Positions 12,495 through 22,598 of a DNA stretch of 64,000 nucleotides are shown here, in pieces. The stretch is from Minisyncoccia bacterium (GTDB lineage: Bacteria; Patescibacteriota; Minisyncoccia; UBA6257; JAAZHW01). Made by a program: the position numbers and the translations under genes. Position 1 is the stretch's first letter, and every line of letters begins with the position of its first letter. The stretch is from assembly GCA_049720475.1 (NCBI GenBank), contig JBNASH010000036.1, forward strand, positions 65,339-129,338. The letters run 5' to 3'. The notes under the pieces are model-generated. The model was not told the origin of the DNA, made no database searches, and was given only the letters and a program-made list of their open reading frames with translations.

Positions 12495-13781
12495 ATGAAA
12501 AGTATTGATAATCAACCCCACATTCTTCAAAAAAGAGGCTTAAATTTTATTCTTATACCGCTTAAAGAAGCAACAAGTGTTACATTTTTGATTTTGGTTA
12601 AAACAGGTTCAGAATATGAAAAACCAGCGGAAGCGGGGATTTCTCATTTTTTGGAACACATGTGTTTTAAAGGTACTAAAAAGCGACCTAGTCCCAAAAT
12701 TATCTCAACCGAACTAGATTCAATAGGCGCTGTTTATAATGCTTTTACTTCCCGCGAATATACGGGTTATTATGCTAAGGCCGCCGTAGAACACACTGAT
12801 AAAATTTTAGATATTGTGACAGATATTTATCTTAATTCTTTGTTTGACCATAACGAAATTGAAAAAGAAAAAGGGGTAATTTTGGAAGAAAAAAATTATT
12901 ATGAAGATACACCCAGCGTAAAGGTGGAAGAATTAATTTTTCAATTATTGTATCCTGACCAAGCGGCTGGCCGGCCAATTATTGGTGATGAAAAAGTTAT
13001 TAAAAATTTAAAAAGAGAAGACTTTTTAAACTATCATCGAAAACACTATACCAATAAAAAAACTCTGATTGTTTTGGCGGGTAATTTTGAAAAAGAAAAG
13101 ATCATTAATAAGGTTACAAGTTTAATGGAGGAAATTCGAAGGGGGGAGGGTGGAAAGAAATTTAAAACAAAAATAAAAAAACAAAACAAACCAGAAGTTT
13201 TAATTCAACACAAAAAAACAGACCAAACACATCTTATTTTAGCAGCAAGAACATTTAATTGTTTTGACGAAAGACGTTATGTTCTTTCGGTTTTATCAAC
13301 TATTTTAGGAAGTGGAATGAGTTCGCGTCTTTTTCAAACCATTCGAGAGGAATTAGGCGCGGCTTATTATGTTTATTCGTTTAATGATTTAAGTTTAGAT
13401 CATGGTTTTTTGGGCGTGGCCGCTGGTTTAGCTTTAGATAAAACCGAAAAATCTTTAGTAGCCATTAAAAAAGAATTGGAAAGATTAAAAGATGAGTTAG
13501 TCAGTGAAGAAGAAATAAAAAAGGCCAAAAATTTTATTAAAGGAAAACTGGCTTTATCTTTAGAAACAACCAATGATTATGCTTTTTACTTCGGTTCCCA
13601 ATATCTCTTTTATAACCGGACTTTTTCTTTAAAAGAAATCTTTAATAAAATTGAAGCTGTGGATAAATTAGCTGTTAATAAACTAGCGAAGGAAATTTTT
13701 CAGCCAAAATCATTAAATTTAGCTCTTATCGGGCCTTATACTAAAAAAGATGAATTGCGCTTTAAAAAAATTTTAGGTTGA
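12495..13781 (+). CDS. M16 family zinc peptidase
   Basis: GISHFLEHMCFKGT (HxxEH), NAFTSRE, GMSSRLFQ.IRE. Confidence 0.93.
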   Translation: MKSIDNQPHILQKRGLNFILIPLKEATSVTFLILVKTGSEYEKPAEAGISHFLEHMCFKGTKKRPSPKIISTELDSIGAVYNAFTSREYTGYYAKAAVEHTDKILDIVTDIYLNSLFDHNEIEKEKGVILEEKNYYEDTPSVKVEELIFQLLYPDQAAGRPIIGDEKVIKNLKREDFLNYHRKHYTNKKTLIVLAGNFEKEKIINKVTSLMEEIRRGEGGKKFKTKIKKQNKPEVLIQHKKTDQTHLILAARTFNCFDERRYVLSVLSTILGSGMSSRLFQTIREELGAAYYVYSFNDLSLDHGFLGVAAGLALDKTEKSLVAIKKELERLKDELVSEEEIKKAKNFIKGKLALSLETTNDYAFYFGSQYLFYNRTFSLKEIFNKIEAVDKLAVNKLAKEIFQPKSLNLALIGPYTKKDELRFKKILG

Positions 13782-13798
13782 TTTAAAATAATAAAGAA

Positions 13799-14437
13799 AT
13801 GGAAATGGATAAAAACAAATTAATAGACGATTTAATTAAAGATGGATTTTTAAAGAGTCCAAGAATTATTGATGCTTTTCGAAAAGTTGATCGCATGAAT
13901 TTTGTGATTGATTATGTAAAAAATGAGGCGTATCGTAATTCTCCTTTGGCGATTGGTTTCGGCCAAACAATTTCTCAACCATTAACGGTAGCATTTATGT
14001 TAGAATTATTAGATGTTCAAGAAGGAAATAAGGTTTTGGATGTTGGTTCGGGTTCTGGATGGACAACGGCTCTATTGGCAGAATTGGTAGGTGAAAAAGG
14101 AAAAGTTTATGGTATTGAAATTATTCCCGAACTTTATGAATTTGGCAAAGCAAATGTAATGCGTTGCAGTTACATCAATAAAGGTATTGTTGAAATGTAT
14201 TTGGGCAATGGTTTATATGGTTTAAAAGAAAAAGCTCCTTTTGATCGAATTTTGTGTTCAGCTGAAGCGAAAGAAATCCCTGAAGCGTTTAAAGAGCAAT
14301 TAAAAATTGGCGGTAAAATGGTTTTGCCAATGAATAATAGCTTGTGGCTAATTGAAAAGAAAAGCGAAACGGAATTTATTTCGGAAGAATTTCCCGGTTT
14401 TATTTTTGTTCCATTAATTGAGAAGTTAAATGCTTAA
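13799..14437 (+). CDS. pcm: Protein-L-isoaspartate O-methyltransferase
   Basis: GQTISQP, VLDVGSGSGW, APFDRI, FVPL. Confidence 0.93.
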   Translation: MEMDKNKLIDDLIKDGFLKSPRIIDAFRKVDRMNFVIDYVKNEAYRNSPLAIGFGQTISQPLTVAFMLELLDVQEGNKVLDVGSGSGWTTALLAELVGEKGKVYGIEIIPELYEFGKANVMRCSYINKGIVEMYLGNGLYGLKEKAPFDRILCSAEAKEIPEAFKEQLKIGGKMVLPMNNSLWLIEKKSETEFISEEFPGFIFVPLIEKLNA

Positions 14438-14464
14438 TATGGTGTTGATAAATTTGTTGTTGAC

Positions 14465-14493
14465 AAACTTCTTGCATTTGCAAGAAGTTTTTT
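14465..14493 (+). terminator. Hairpin (terminator or operator) overlapping the promoter of the 946-aa gene
   Basis: AAACTTCTTGCA-tt-TGCAAGAAGTTT plus T run; TATAAT at 14500-14505. Confidence 0.55.
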
Positions 14494-14564
14494 ATCCTTT
14501 ATAATGGAAATGGGAGAAATCCCAATTAAATAGATCTTTAAAAAATAAAAAAGGAGGTGAGATA

Positions 14565-17405
14565 ATGAGAATAAAAAGTTTGAATGAGAAAAGTTTTAAG
14601 AAAAAACTGAAATTGTGGGAAAAAGGGGAAATATCTTTAAAACAATTCAGTTCAGACGAAAGAGCGGAATTGTTGGAAAGAGGATATATTACCCAAGAGG
14701 AATTTATTGAATTAATGCCAGAAGCGCTGCAAGAATATTGGCGGGCAATCTCCGAACTTTTAAGTAAAAAGCGGATTTTTCGAAATATTGATGCCGCAAA
14801 TGTTTTACCATTGGGGGTAAAAGGCAGATATCAACGACTGAATATGTCGCGGGGAATTTTGATAAAGTTTAAAGAGTGGGGCATGCTCGAAACCATTCGG
14901 CTTGGTGCTCATAATGTTTATTTTGCTACAGCGCCCGGATTTTACACCAAAGAAGAGATTTTAAATTTTCTTCCGAAAGAATACCAAAAAAACATCTTAC
15001 AGTTATTTACTGACGATTGGATATCCACAAGCGAAATTTCTAATCTATTGAACTTGTCACCGCGATTTTTGGAAGAAGTTTTGGATGCCTTTGTGGCTAA
15101 AGGTTATTTGGTTAAAGGAAGGGCAGGTTATCGACATTCCCAAGCCTTAAAAGAGGCAGGGGTGAGTGTGGAATCACTCGAAGCTTTAGATTTAGTTCAA
15201 GCACATAATTTGTTAATGCAAGAGAAAGAACGAAAAGCGGCTACTCAAAAAATTAATAGTTTGCAAGAAGTTAAAGAAGTAGTTGAAAGAGATATCCGGA
15301 ATAAAAGTGTAAAAACAATCGAGGAAGAAATTGAAGATGACAGTGTGCGTTTGAGTTTTATTGGTGAAGTGCGTTTTGGCAATCAATTCATTGATATAGA
15401 ATTGATAGAAAAAGCACTTTATCTTTTAAAAGACCATTTTAAGCCGCATTTTGTGATTGCTTCGGATTTTGTTCAGGGTGATTTTCGAGGTATTCAAGTA
15501 GAAAGGCTACGCTCTTTAACCAGAACCGGTTTACAAAGGATAGAACAGCAGTATTCTGCAGCTGATTTATTACTGAAAGAGTTAGAAAATATTGCAAGAA
15601 AAAAAGTCATTTATCTTTTATCAGATGATGACTGGCAGATTTCTTTATCGCGCGTTCTTATTGCGTTAGAAGAAATGAGCGGTATTAGAAGATTGGGGAT
15701 TAGCGCTCGATGGCCAGAAGAAATAAAGAGAATTTCCGGAGCTGATTATTATCGTTTAATGAAGATCCAATGGGAAATTATTCAGCCTTATATGTATCGT
15801 ATCGGACGTTCACTGTTTAATGCTAATGAAGTGAAAAAAATTATTGGTGATCACATTAGTGAGTTGTTGGTTATAATTTTCATTTTGTTGTTCGAAGAAT
15901 TTCAAAGGCTAATTCCGGAGAAGTACAAAAAATTAGTAGACATTGAAGCACTTCATCAGGATAAAGCAAATTCGAAAAGGATTATCAGTCCTGACCCAGT
16001 TAATCTCTATTTGAAAAATGTTAATAAACGAATTCTCGCTCAACATAACATTGCTTTTTCTGATATCACTCAATATGTTGATAGTGGTTTAATTCCAGAA
16101 TGGATTTTAAGAAATCTTCAAGCGCGCGGTCGTGAAACGCCATATTTATGGGTGGATTTTCATCAGGAAAGATTTTGGGGTACCAAGCTCTATAATACTT
16201 TTATTTTCAATCTTCCTGGTTGCCAAAATCCATTGCCAGCAGCAGAGGGAAAAATTAAAACCTTCCACACAAAAATTCTTTCAGATAAAGCCCACCGCCA
16301 GATCTATTTCCGCAAAGAACCACCTTCGCCGGGTATTGTAAATTGTGAAATTTTCAAAGATGGCCGTTTGCGAATAAATGTCTTTAATCGCAAGATTAAA
16401 AATGTGATTGAAGCGAACAAAGATCAGCCTGAGAAAAAAGATTTGCTTGCCTATACTTCTGATTGGCAGATTGGTTCCTTAACGATGAGGCCAGAGTGGG
16501 TGATACGATTTCTTGACTACGCGTTATACACTAGAAAAGCAACAAATCTCGTTTTCAATGGTGATTTAATCCAAGGTTTTCATTATCCTCGATTTGTTTC
16601 CGAAAACCGACCAAAAAGATTGGTTTCCATCAGTAGCCAAAAGTCGTTTGTTACCACATTAATCAAGCCGTTTTTCCCAGCACCCAATCTCGAATCAATT
16701 GATATTCTTTTAGGCAATCACGAATGGGAAATTTGGGGCGCTGATATAACTGGTCAAAATAATTTGGAGTTCATTTTCTTTGTTCTTAAAGAAATTTATG
16801 AGAATCAGAGAATGTTTAGAAACGATTTAATAATGCCAGATATTAAAATTTGGAATAGGATTAGAATAGTCAAGACAGCTGGCAAAAATGGATCAACGGT
16901 GAATCATCCTTATGGTACAAGAGTTGTTAAATCCGGTTATAAAATTGCCATTCAACATCAATGGTATCCGCGAGGTGGTGGAAGAACGCCGATGCACGCT
17001 CAAGTAACTTGGTTAAGAAATATTGCGCAAGCAGCATCTGATTTGCATGTTCTTTTTGGTGGACACAAACATACTTTTTGGATGGCGATGATTGCTGATA
17101 TTTTAATGCTCCAGCTCCCTGGTTTAAATGATCAATCTGCTTTTGAATTTGCACGAGGGTTGATGCCTCAATCAATGGGCGTACTGGTTGAATTTTCTAA
17201 TAAAAACGGCATAACTGTTGAGTTGATTCCGATCGAATTTTTAGAAGATAATTACAAATGCATCTCGCCGTTCTATAAAGAAATAGACGAAAAGAATTTG
17301 CTTGAAAGACCAAAGCCCGGAACAATAGAGTACAAATATGGTTTTGATTCACCTTTTATTCATCAACTGGAAGAAAAAATTGATGCTGAATATCCTGAGG
17401 TATAA
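14565..17405 (+). CDS. Large hypothetical protein: wHTH region, coiled coil and two calcineurin-like metallophosphoesterase domains (first one degenerate)
   Basis: C-terminal domain has SDWQIG, NGDLIQG, LGNHE, QH, GGHKH; middle domain has matching but degenerate GEVRFG, SDFVQG, LSDDDW, QH, DFHQE; SD AAGGAGGTGA. Confidence 0.65.
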   Translation: MRIKSLNEKSFKKKLKLWEKGEISLKQFSSDERAELLERGYITQEEFIELMPEALQEYWRAISELLSKKRIFRNIDAANVLPLGVKGRYQRLNMSRGILIKFKEWGMLETIRLGAHNVYFATAPGFYTKEEILNFLPKEYQKNILQLFTDDWISTSEISNLLNLSPRFLEEVLDAFVAKGYLVKGRAGYRHSQALKEAGVSVESLEALDLVQAHNLLMQEKERKAATQKINSLQEVKEVVERDIRNKSVKTIEEEIEDDSVRLSFIGEVRFGNQFIDIELIEKALYLLKDHFKPHFVIASDFVQGDFRGIQVERLRSLTRTGLQRIEQQYSAADLLLKELENIARKKVIYLLSDDDWQISLSRVLIALEEMSGIRRLGISARWPEEIKRISGADYYRLMKIQWEIIQPYMYRIGRSLFNANEVKKIIGDHISELLVIIFILLFEEFQRLIPEKYKKLVDIEALHQDKANSKRIISPDPVNLYLKNVNKRILAQHNIAFSDITQYVDSGLIPEWILRNLQARGRETPYLWVDFHQERFWGTKLYNTFIFNLPGCQNPLPAAEGKIKTFHTKILSDKAHRQIYFRKEPPSPGIVNCEIFKDGRLRINVFNRKIKNVIEANKDQPEKKDLLAYTSDWQIGSLTMRPEWVIRFLDYALYTRKATNLVFNGDLIQGFHYPRFVSENRPKRLVSISSQKSFVTTLIKPFFPAPNLESIDILLGNHEWEIWGADITGQNNLEFIFFVLKEIYENQRMFRNDLIMPDIKIWNRIRIVKTAGKNGSTVNHPYGTRVVKSGYKIAIQHQWYPRGGGRTPMHAQVTWLRNIAQAASDLHVLFGGHKHTFWMAMIADILMLQLPGLNDQSAFEFARGLMPQSMGVLVEFSNKNGITVELIPIEFLEDNYKCISPFYKEIDEKNLLERPKPGTIEYKYGFDSPFIHQLEEKIDAEYPEV

Positions 17406-17427
17406 AGTTTAAAAAATAATTTTATAA

Positions 17428-17451
17428 GGAGGGTCTTTTGACCCTCTTTTT
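17428..17451 (+). terminator. Intrinsic terminator
   Basis: GAGGGTC-tttt-GACCCTC followed by T run. Confidence 0.8.
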
Positions 17452-17496
17452 ATTTATTTGATTTTTTAAATAATTTTATTATAATTAGATAAAATT

Positions 17497-18042
17497 ATGC
17501 GAAAATTTTTAGCATCAATTTGGGATACAATAGAAGTAGCAATAGTGGCCTTAGTAGTAGTTTTAATTATTCGCTCTTTTTTGTTCCAGCCATTTTTTGT
17601 TGAAGGGGCAAGTATGTATCCAAATTTTAAAAATGGTGATTATTTAATTGTTGATGAATTAACTTATCGTTTGCGAAATCCTCAAAGAGGGGAGATAATT
17701 GTATTTCATCCGCCACAAGCCGAGAAGGAATACTATATCAAAAGAATTATTGCTTTACCCCAAGAAAGGATTGTAATTAAAGACGGACAGATCAAAATTT
17801 ATAATCAAACCCACCCCGAAGGATTTATTTTGAAAGAAAATTATTTATTAGATAATAAAACGCCAGGCGATTTAGATTTAACTTTGGGTCCGAATGAGTA
17901 TTTTGTTTTGGGTGATAATCGTTATGCTAGTTATGATTCACGCGCCTGGGGGACACTATCAAGAGATAAAATTATAGGATTAGTACGTTTACGTGTGTGG
18001 CCTTTCAATAGTGTAAAGGCTTTTGAAGCGGTCCAATATTAA
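17497..18042 (+). CDS. lepB: Signal peptidase I
   Basis: GASMYP, YIKRIIALP, GDNRYASYDSR. Confidence 0.95.
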   Translation: MRKFLASIWDTIEVAIVALVVVLIIRSFLFQPFFVEGASMYPNFKNGDYLIVDELTYRLRNPQRGEIIVFHPPQAEKEYYIKRIIALPQERIVIKDGQIKIYNQTHPEGFILKENYLLDNKTPGDLDLTLGPNEYFVLGDNRYASYDSRAWGTLSRDKIIGLVRLRVWPFNSVKAFEAVQY

Positions 18043-18053
18043 ATTTTTAAAAT

Positions 18054-19385
18054 ATGGGGAGGAGACCAAAAGATTTTTTTAAAAACAAAATAAAAAGAGC
18101 AAAAATGAAAACAATTTTGCGGGCACCAAAAGGAATGCCTGATATTTTGCCAGAAGAAAATTTAATTCGACGGAAAATTTTTAAGGTAGTCGAAGACTTA
18201 GCAGATTTTTATGGTTTTGGTCAAATCGAAACGCCAATTTTAGAAGAAACAAAATTATTTTTGCATGGTACCGGTCCAACAAGCGATGTTGTTCAAAAAC
18301 AGATGTTTAATTTGAAAACACCTGGAAAAGATTTGTTATCTTTGCGTCCGGAATTTACGCCCAACATCGTCCGTGCTTATTTAGAAAATGGCATGTTTAA
18401 TTGGGCTAGACCGGTAAAGTTGTTTGCCTGGGGTCCTGTTTTTCGTTATGAACAACCACAAAGAGGACGTTATCGTCAATTTTGGCAATGCAATTTTGAA
18501 ATTTTGGGTTCGTCTGATCCTGTTTATGATGTTTTAATTATTCAATTATTCTATAACTTATTTACTGAGTTAAAAATTAAAGATTTGATTATCGAAATTA
18601 ATACAATCGGTTGTGATAATTGTCGGCCAATCTGGCATAAAGAATTAAAAAACTATTTTAAATCAAAAAAGAAATTTTTATGCGTTGATTGTAAAAATCG
18701 ATTAAAAACAAACCCTCTAAGAATTTTGGATTGTAAAAACGAAACTTGCCAATCTCTCAAAAATGATTCACCAAAAATGATGGATTATCTATGTCCAGAA
18801 TGTCGACATCATTTCAAACAAGTATTGGAATATTTGGAAGCGCTAGGATTGCCCTATACTATTAATCCTTATTTAGTACGCGGTTTAGATTATTATACGA
18901 AAACCGTTTTTGAAATTAGAAAAAATGATGATAATTTAGCGTTATGTGGTGGCGGAAGATATGATTATTTGATAGAAATGTTGGGTGGAAAACCAACACC
19001 AGCTGTTGGTGGAGCGGCAGGCGTAGAACGTTTAGTAGAAATTGTTAAGAAAACTTTGAAGCCAGAAACAAATCATAAACCAAAAGTCTTTTTGATAGCT
19101 ATTGGCGACTTAGCCAAACAAAAGGCATTGCAATATATGGAAATATTTCGTAAGGCAAAAATTGATGCTGCTGAGTCATTTGCTCACGAATCATTAAAAG
19201 CACAATTAAGACAGGCGGATAAATCAGGAGTTCATTATGTTATAATTATTGGTCAAAAAGAAGCGATTGATGGCACAGTAATTTTAAGAGATATGACGGC
19301 GAGTGTTCAAGAGGTTGTTGATGGCAATAAAATTGTTGATGAATTGAAAAAAAGATTCAAAAATGATATTATAAAGACATTATAA
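18054..19385 (+). CDS. hisS: Histidine--tRNA ligase
   Basis: LRPEFT, FRYEQPQRGRYRQFWQ, LVRGLDYYTKTVFE, GGGRYD. Confidence 0.97.
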   Translation: MGRRPKDFFKNKIKRAKMKTILRAPKGMPDILPEENLIRRKIFKVVEDLADFYGFGQIETPILEETKLFLHGTGPTSDVVQKQMFNLKTPGKDLLSLRPEFTPNIVRAYLENGMFNWARPVKLFAWGPVFRYEQPQRGRYRQFWQCNFEILGSSDPVYDVLIIQLFYNLFTELKIKDLIIEINTIGCDNCRPIWHKELKNYFKSKKKFLCVDCKNRLKTNPLRILDCKNETCQSLKNDSPKMMDYLCPECRHHFKQVLEYLEALGLPYTINPYLVRGLDYYTKTVFEIRKNDDNLALCGGGRYDYLIEMLGGKPTPAVGGAAGVERLVEIVKKTLKPETNHKPKVFLIAIGDLAKQKALQYMEIFRKAKIDAAESFAHESLKAQLRQADKSGVHYVIIIGQKEAIDGTVILRDMTASVQEVVDGNKIVDELKKRFKNDIIKTL

Positions 19386-19388
19386 AAT

Positions 19389-19736
19389 ATGGAGGATTGC
19401 ATTTTTTGTAAAATTATTAATAAAGAAATTCCTTCCGAAATCGTTTTAGAAAACGAACGATTTATTGTTTTTAAAGATATTAATCCTAAATCAGAAATTC
19501 ATCTTTTGATTGTGCCCAAAAAACATATTGTAAATTTGAATGAAGTTAAGGAAGAAGATAAAGAGTTATTGGGAGAAATGTTTTTAATGGCTAAACAATT
19601 AGCCAACAAATTATCTTTAATTGAAAAAGGCTATAAATTGGTAATGAATGTTGGCAGAGGAGGTGGTCAAGTAATTGATCATCTTCATTTGCACTTTTTA
19701 AGTGGTTCATTTAACAGGTCGCTTAGAGAAATTTAA
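19389..19736 (+). CDS. HIT family nucleotide-binding protein
   Basis: CIFCKI, FKDINP, HLLIVPKKH, HLHLH triad. Confidence 0.93.
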   Translation: MEDCIFCKIINKEIPSEIVLENERFIVFKDINPKSEIHLLIVPKKHIVNLNEVKEEDKELLGEMFLMAKQLANKLSLIEKGYKLVMNVGRGGGQVIDHLHLHFLSGSFNRSLREI

Positions 19737-19742
19737 TGATAT

Positions 19743-20033
19743 ATGGCTATCGAAGTTACTAAAAAACCAAACGAGCCAATCAATAATTTTCTTTTAAGAT
19801 TTAATCGCGCTCTCAAACAAGCAGGAATTTTAGAGGAAGCAAGAAAAAGACGTTTTTATGAGCCCGAAATAAATCGCAACCGTAAAAAACAATCAGCTGT
19901 ATACAGAGCGCAAATAAAAGAGAAAATAATGGCTCTTAAAAAAAGAGGGATACTAACTGGCAAAGAAGATCTTAAATTAATTAAAAAACTTTTGAGAAAT
20001 CCCAAGTGGTCTTTTACTAATTTACCTAAATAA
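19743..20033 (+). CDS. rpsU: 30S ribosomal protein bS21 with C-terminal extension
   Basis: IEV.K..NE....LLRF.R.....GIL.EARKRRFYE pattern; basic. Confidence 0.75.
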   Translation: MAIEVTKKPNEPINNFLLRFNRALKQAGILEEARKRRFYEPEINRNRKKQSAVYRAQIKEKIMALKKRGILTGKEDLKLIKKLLRNPKWSFTNLPK

Positions 20034-21283
20034 TGAAACCTTATCTTGTTTTAGATTTGGGTAATCAAAATATCAGGGGATTGGTCGTGCACCCGACGAA
20101 AGACTATTCTAAAATAAAGATTTATACTGTTTTTGAACGACCATCCGATGGTTTAAACAAAGGCGCCATTAATGATTATGGTGCCTTTTGTAGTGTTTTG
20201 TTGGAAACATTTGACGATATCAATAAGTTAGGTTTTAATCCGAAACAAGTAGTTATTAATATTGCTTCGCCGCATTCCAATTTTAAGATAACTAAAACAA
20301 GCGGCGGCGTAACAAGAGGCGATTCTCAAATTACAAAAAATGACATTTCGCAATTAGAGGAGAAAATTTATGAAACTAACAGCGAAACAACTAATAAAAT
20401 TATAGAGCATATTATTCCACGCGATTTTACCGTTGATGGATTATCAAATATTAAAGACCCCATTGGCATGCATGGATATCGTTTAGAAATGGAGGCAGCA
20501 GTAATCGAAATATTAAATACACATCTTCAAACACTTAATAAGGCGTTTAAAGAGTTAAACAAGAGCTTTCTTATTCCGCCAGTTTTTGGCCCTCTGGCAG
20601 CATCCTTTGGTTGTTTAACAAAAAAACAGCAAAATGTTGGTACGATATTAATTGATTTGGGCGCCCAAAATACAAGTTACATTATTTATGAAGATGATAA
20701 ATTGATTGACACCAAAATTTTGCATTTAGGTGCTGATAGTATCACCCATGATATCGCCATTTGTTTAAAAGTACCTCTGGAAACCGCTGAGAAAATTAAA
20801 TTAACTTGTGGTTATGCCTTGTCAAGCGATATAAGTCGTAAAGAAAATATTGATGCTTCCAAAATCAGCAAAGAAATAGATTATGCGATTAATAAGCGAT
20901 ATTTAGCTGAAATTATCGAAGCGCGATTAGAAGAAATTTTTAGTTTTATTAACAATGAAATTAAGAAAAGCAATGTTTATAATAAATTGGCGGGAGGAGT
21001 TGTTTTGGTTGGGGGTGGAGCGAAATTGCCTGGTATGATTGATTTTGTGAAAAAATATTTAAAATTACCAGCCAAAATAGGGTACCCCAATTTAGAACAA
21101 ATAGAAGCTGGTGAGAAAAATATTGATTTAATTGACGATCCTTCCTTTGTGGAGGCAGTCGGTTTGGCATTGTTTTCTTTATTTTCTTCGGTGAATAAAA
21201 AATCAGTTGAATTTATAAAATCAACACCCACTTCGGGTTTATTGAATAAAATTAAAAAAGTCTTTAAAATCTTCTTACCATAA
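20033..21283 (+). CDS. ftsA: Cell division protein FtsA
   Basis: LDLG, LIDLGA..T, AEKIK...G, IIEARLEEIF, GGGAKLPG; upstream of ftsZ. Confidence 0.93.
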   Translation: MKPYLVLDLGNQNIRGLVVHPTKDYSKIKIYTVFERPSDGLNKGAINDYGAFCSVLLETFDDINKLGFNPKQVVINIASPHSNFKITKTSGGVTRGDSQITKNDISQLEEKIYETNSETTNKIIEHIIPRDFTVDGLSNIKDPIGMHGYRLEMEAAVIEILNTHLQTLNKAFKELNKSFLIPPVFGPLAASFGCLTKKQQNVGTILIDLGAQNTSYIIYEDDKLIDTKILHLGADSITHDIAICLKVPLETAEKIKLTCGYALSSDISRKENIDASKISKEIDYAINKRYLAEIIEARLEEIFSFINNEIKKSNVYNKLAGGVVLVGGGAKLPGMIDFVKKYLKLPAKIGYPNLEQIEAGEKNIDLIDDPSFVEAVGLALFSLFSSVNKKSVEFIKSTPTSGLLNKIKKVFKIFLP

Positions 21284-21289
21284 AAATTT

Positions 21290-22597
21290 ATGACTTCAAA
21301 AAAGAAAAATAAAAAAAATAAAAAACAGCCAAAAATATTAGTTCAGAAAAAGCCAAAACAAATCAAAAAAGAGAAGCTTACAGAGCAAAAAATTAAAGAA
21401 AATATTGAAGTATCCCAGATGGTGAAAAAGGCCAAAATTAAAAATACTAAAAAAATAAAGAAACAAAGATCTGCTAACAAAAAAAACCATTTAACGGAAT
21501 TGGACAATTTTCCCAAAATTAAAGTAGTGGGAATTGGTGGTGCCGGTGGAAATATTTTATCAAGAATGAGACAAGCTAAAATTCAAGGCGTAGAGTTTAT
21601 TGCGGTGAACACTGATTTACAAGATTTATACAAATCTGGGATTCGGCGTAAAATCCATATTGGAAAGAATATTTCAAAAGGAATGGGAACTGGAATGAAT
21701 CCAGAAATTGGTCGCCAGGCAGCAGAGGAATCTCGACCTCAATTAGAGGAGGCTTTAAAAGGTGCTGATCTTGTTTTTTTAACTTGTGGATTGGGTGGTG
21801 GCACGGGTTCTGGAGCAACACCAGTTATTGCTGATATTTGTCAGCAGCTAGGAATTTTAACAGTTGCTGTAATGACTAAACCTTTTGCTTTTGAAGGAAG
21901 CAAACGTGCACAAATTGCTGAAGAGGCACTTTTGAAAATCAAAGATAAAGTTGATTCTTATATTGTTATACCCAACGACCGCATTTTTAATATTATTGAT
22001 GTTTCCACACCTTTATATAAAGCATTCGAACTGATCGATGATATTTTAAAGCAATCAGTAAAAGGTATTAGTGATTTAATTAATACACCGGGTATTATTA
22101 ATGTTGATTTTTCTGATATAAAAGCAGTATTATCAAACGCAGGAATGACATTAATAGGCTTAGGAAGAGCCAGCGGTGCAGATCGAGCAGTTAAGGCGGC
22201 GAAAAATGCTCTTAATTCACCTTTGTTTGAATATTCGCCTCATATGGCTAAAGGAGTTTTGTTTAATATTATGGGTGATAGTAGTTTAACGATGACAGAA
22301 ATTAACGAAGCAGCACGTTTGATAACAGAAATTGTTGATCCATCCGCTAAAATTATTTTTGGTGCAATGGAGGATCCAAAAATCAAAAAAGGAGAAATAA
22401 AAATAATGATTATTGCTGCTGGCTTTGATAATGCTTCCAAATACCAGAATTATACAAATAATCAACAAAGAAATATTTCTAAACCAACGATCGAAATTGT
22501 TACTAATAATACCAAAGAAGTTAAAGAGGAAAGGGAATTAATACCAACAGATTCTTTAGAAGAAATTCCTGCCTTTTTGCGAAAAAAGAAAAAATAA
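21290..22597 (+). CDS. ftsZ: Cell division protein FtsZ with Lys-rich N-terminal extension
   Basis: GIGGAGGN, GLGGGTGSG tubulin signature, NVDFSD, C-terminal EIPAFLR. Confidence 0.97.
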   Translation: MTSKKKNKKNKKQPKILVQKKPKQIKKEKLTEQKIKENIEVSQMVKKAKIKNTKKIKKQRSANKKNHLTELDNFPKIKVVGIGGAGGNILSRMRQAKIQGVEFIAVNTDLQDLYKSGIRRKIHIGKNISKGMGTGMNPEIGRQAAEESRPQLEEALKGADLVFLTCGLGGGTGSGATPVIADICQQLGILTVAVMTKPFAFEGSKRAQIAEEALLKIKDKVDSYIVIPNDRIFNIIDVSTPLYKAFELIDDILKQSVKGISDLINTPGIINVDFSDIKAVLSNAGMTLIGLGRASGADRAVKAAKNALNSPLFEYSPHMAKGVLFNIMGDSSLTMTEINEAARLITEIVDPSAKIIFGAMEDPKIKKGEIKIMIIAAGFDNASKYQNYTNNQQRNISKPTIEIVTNNTKEVKEERELIPTDSLEEIPAFLRKKKK

Positions 22598-22598
22598 T

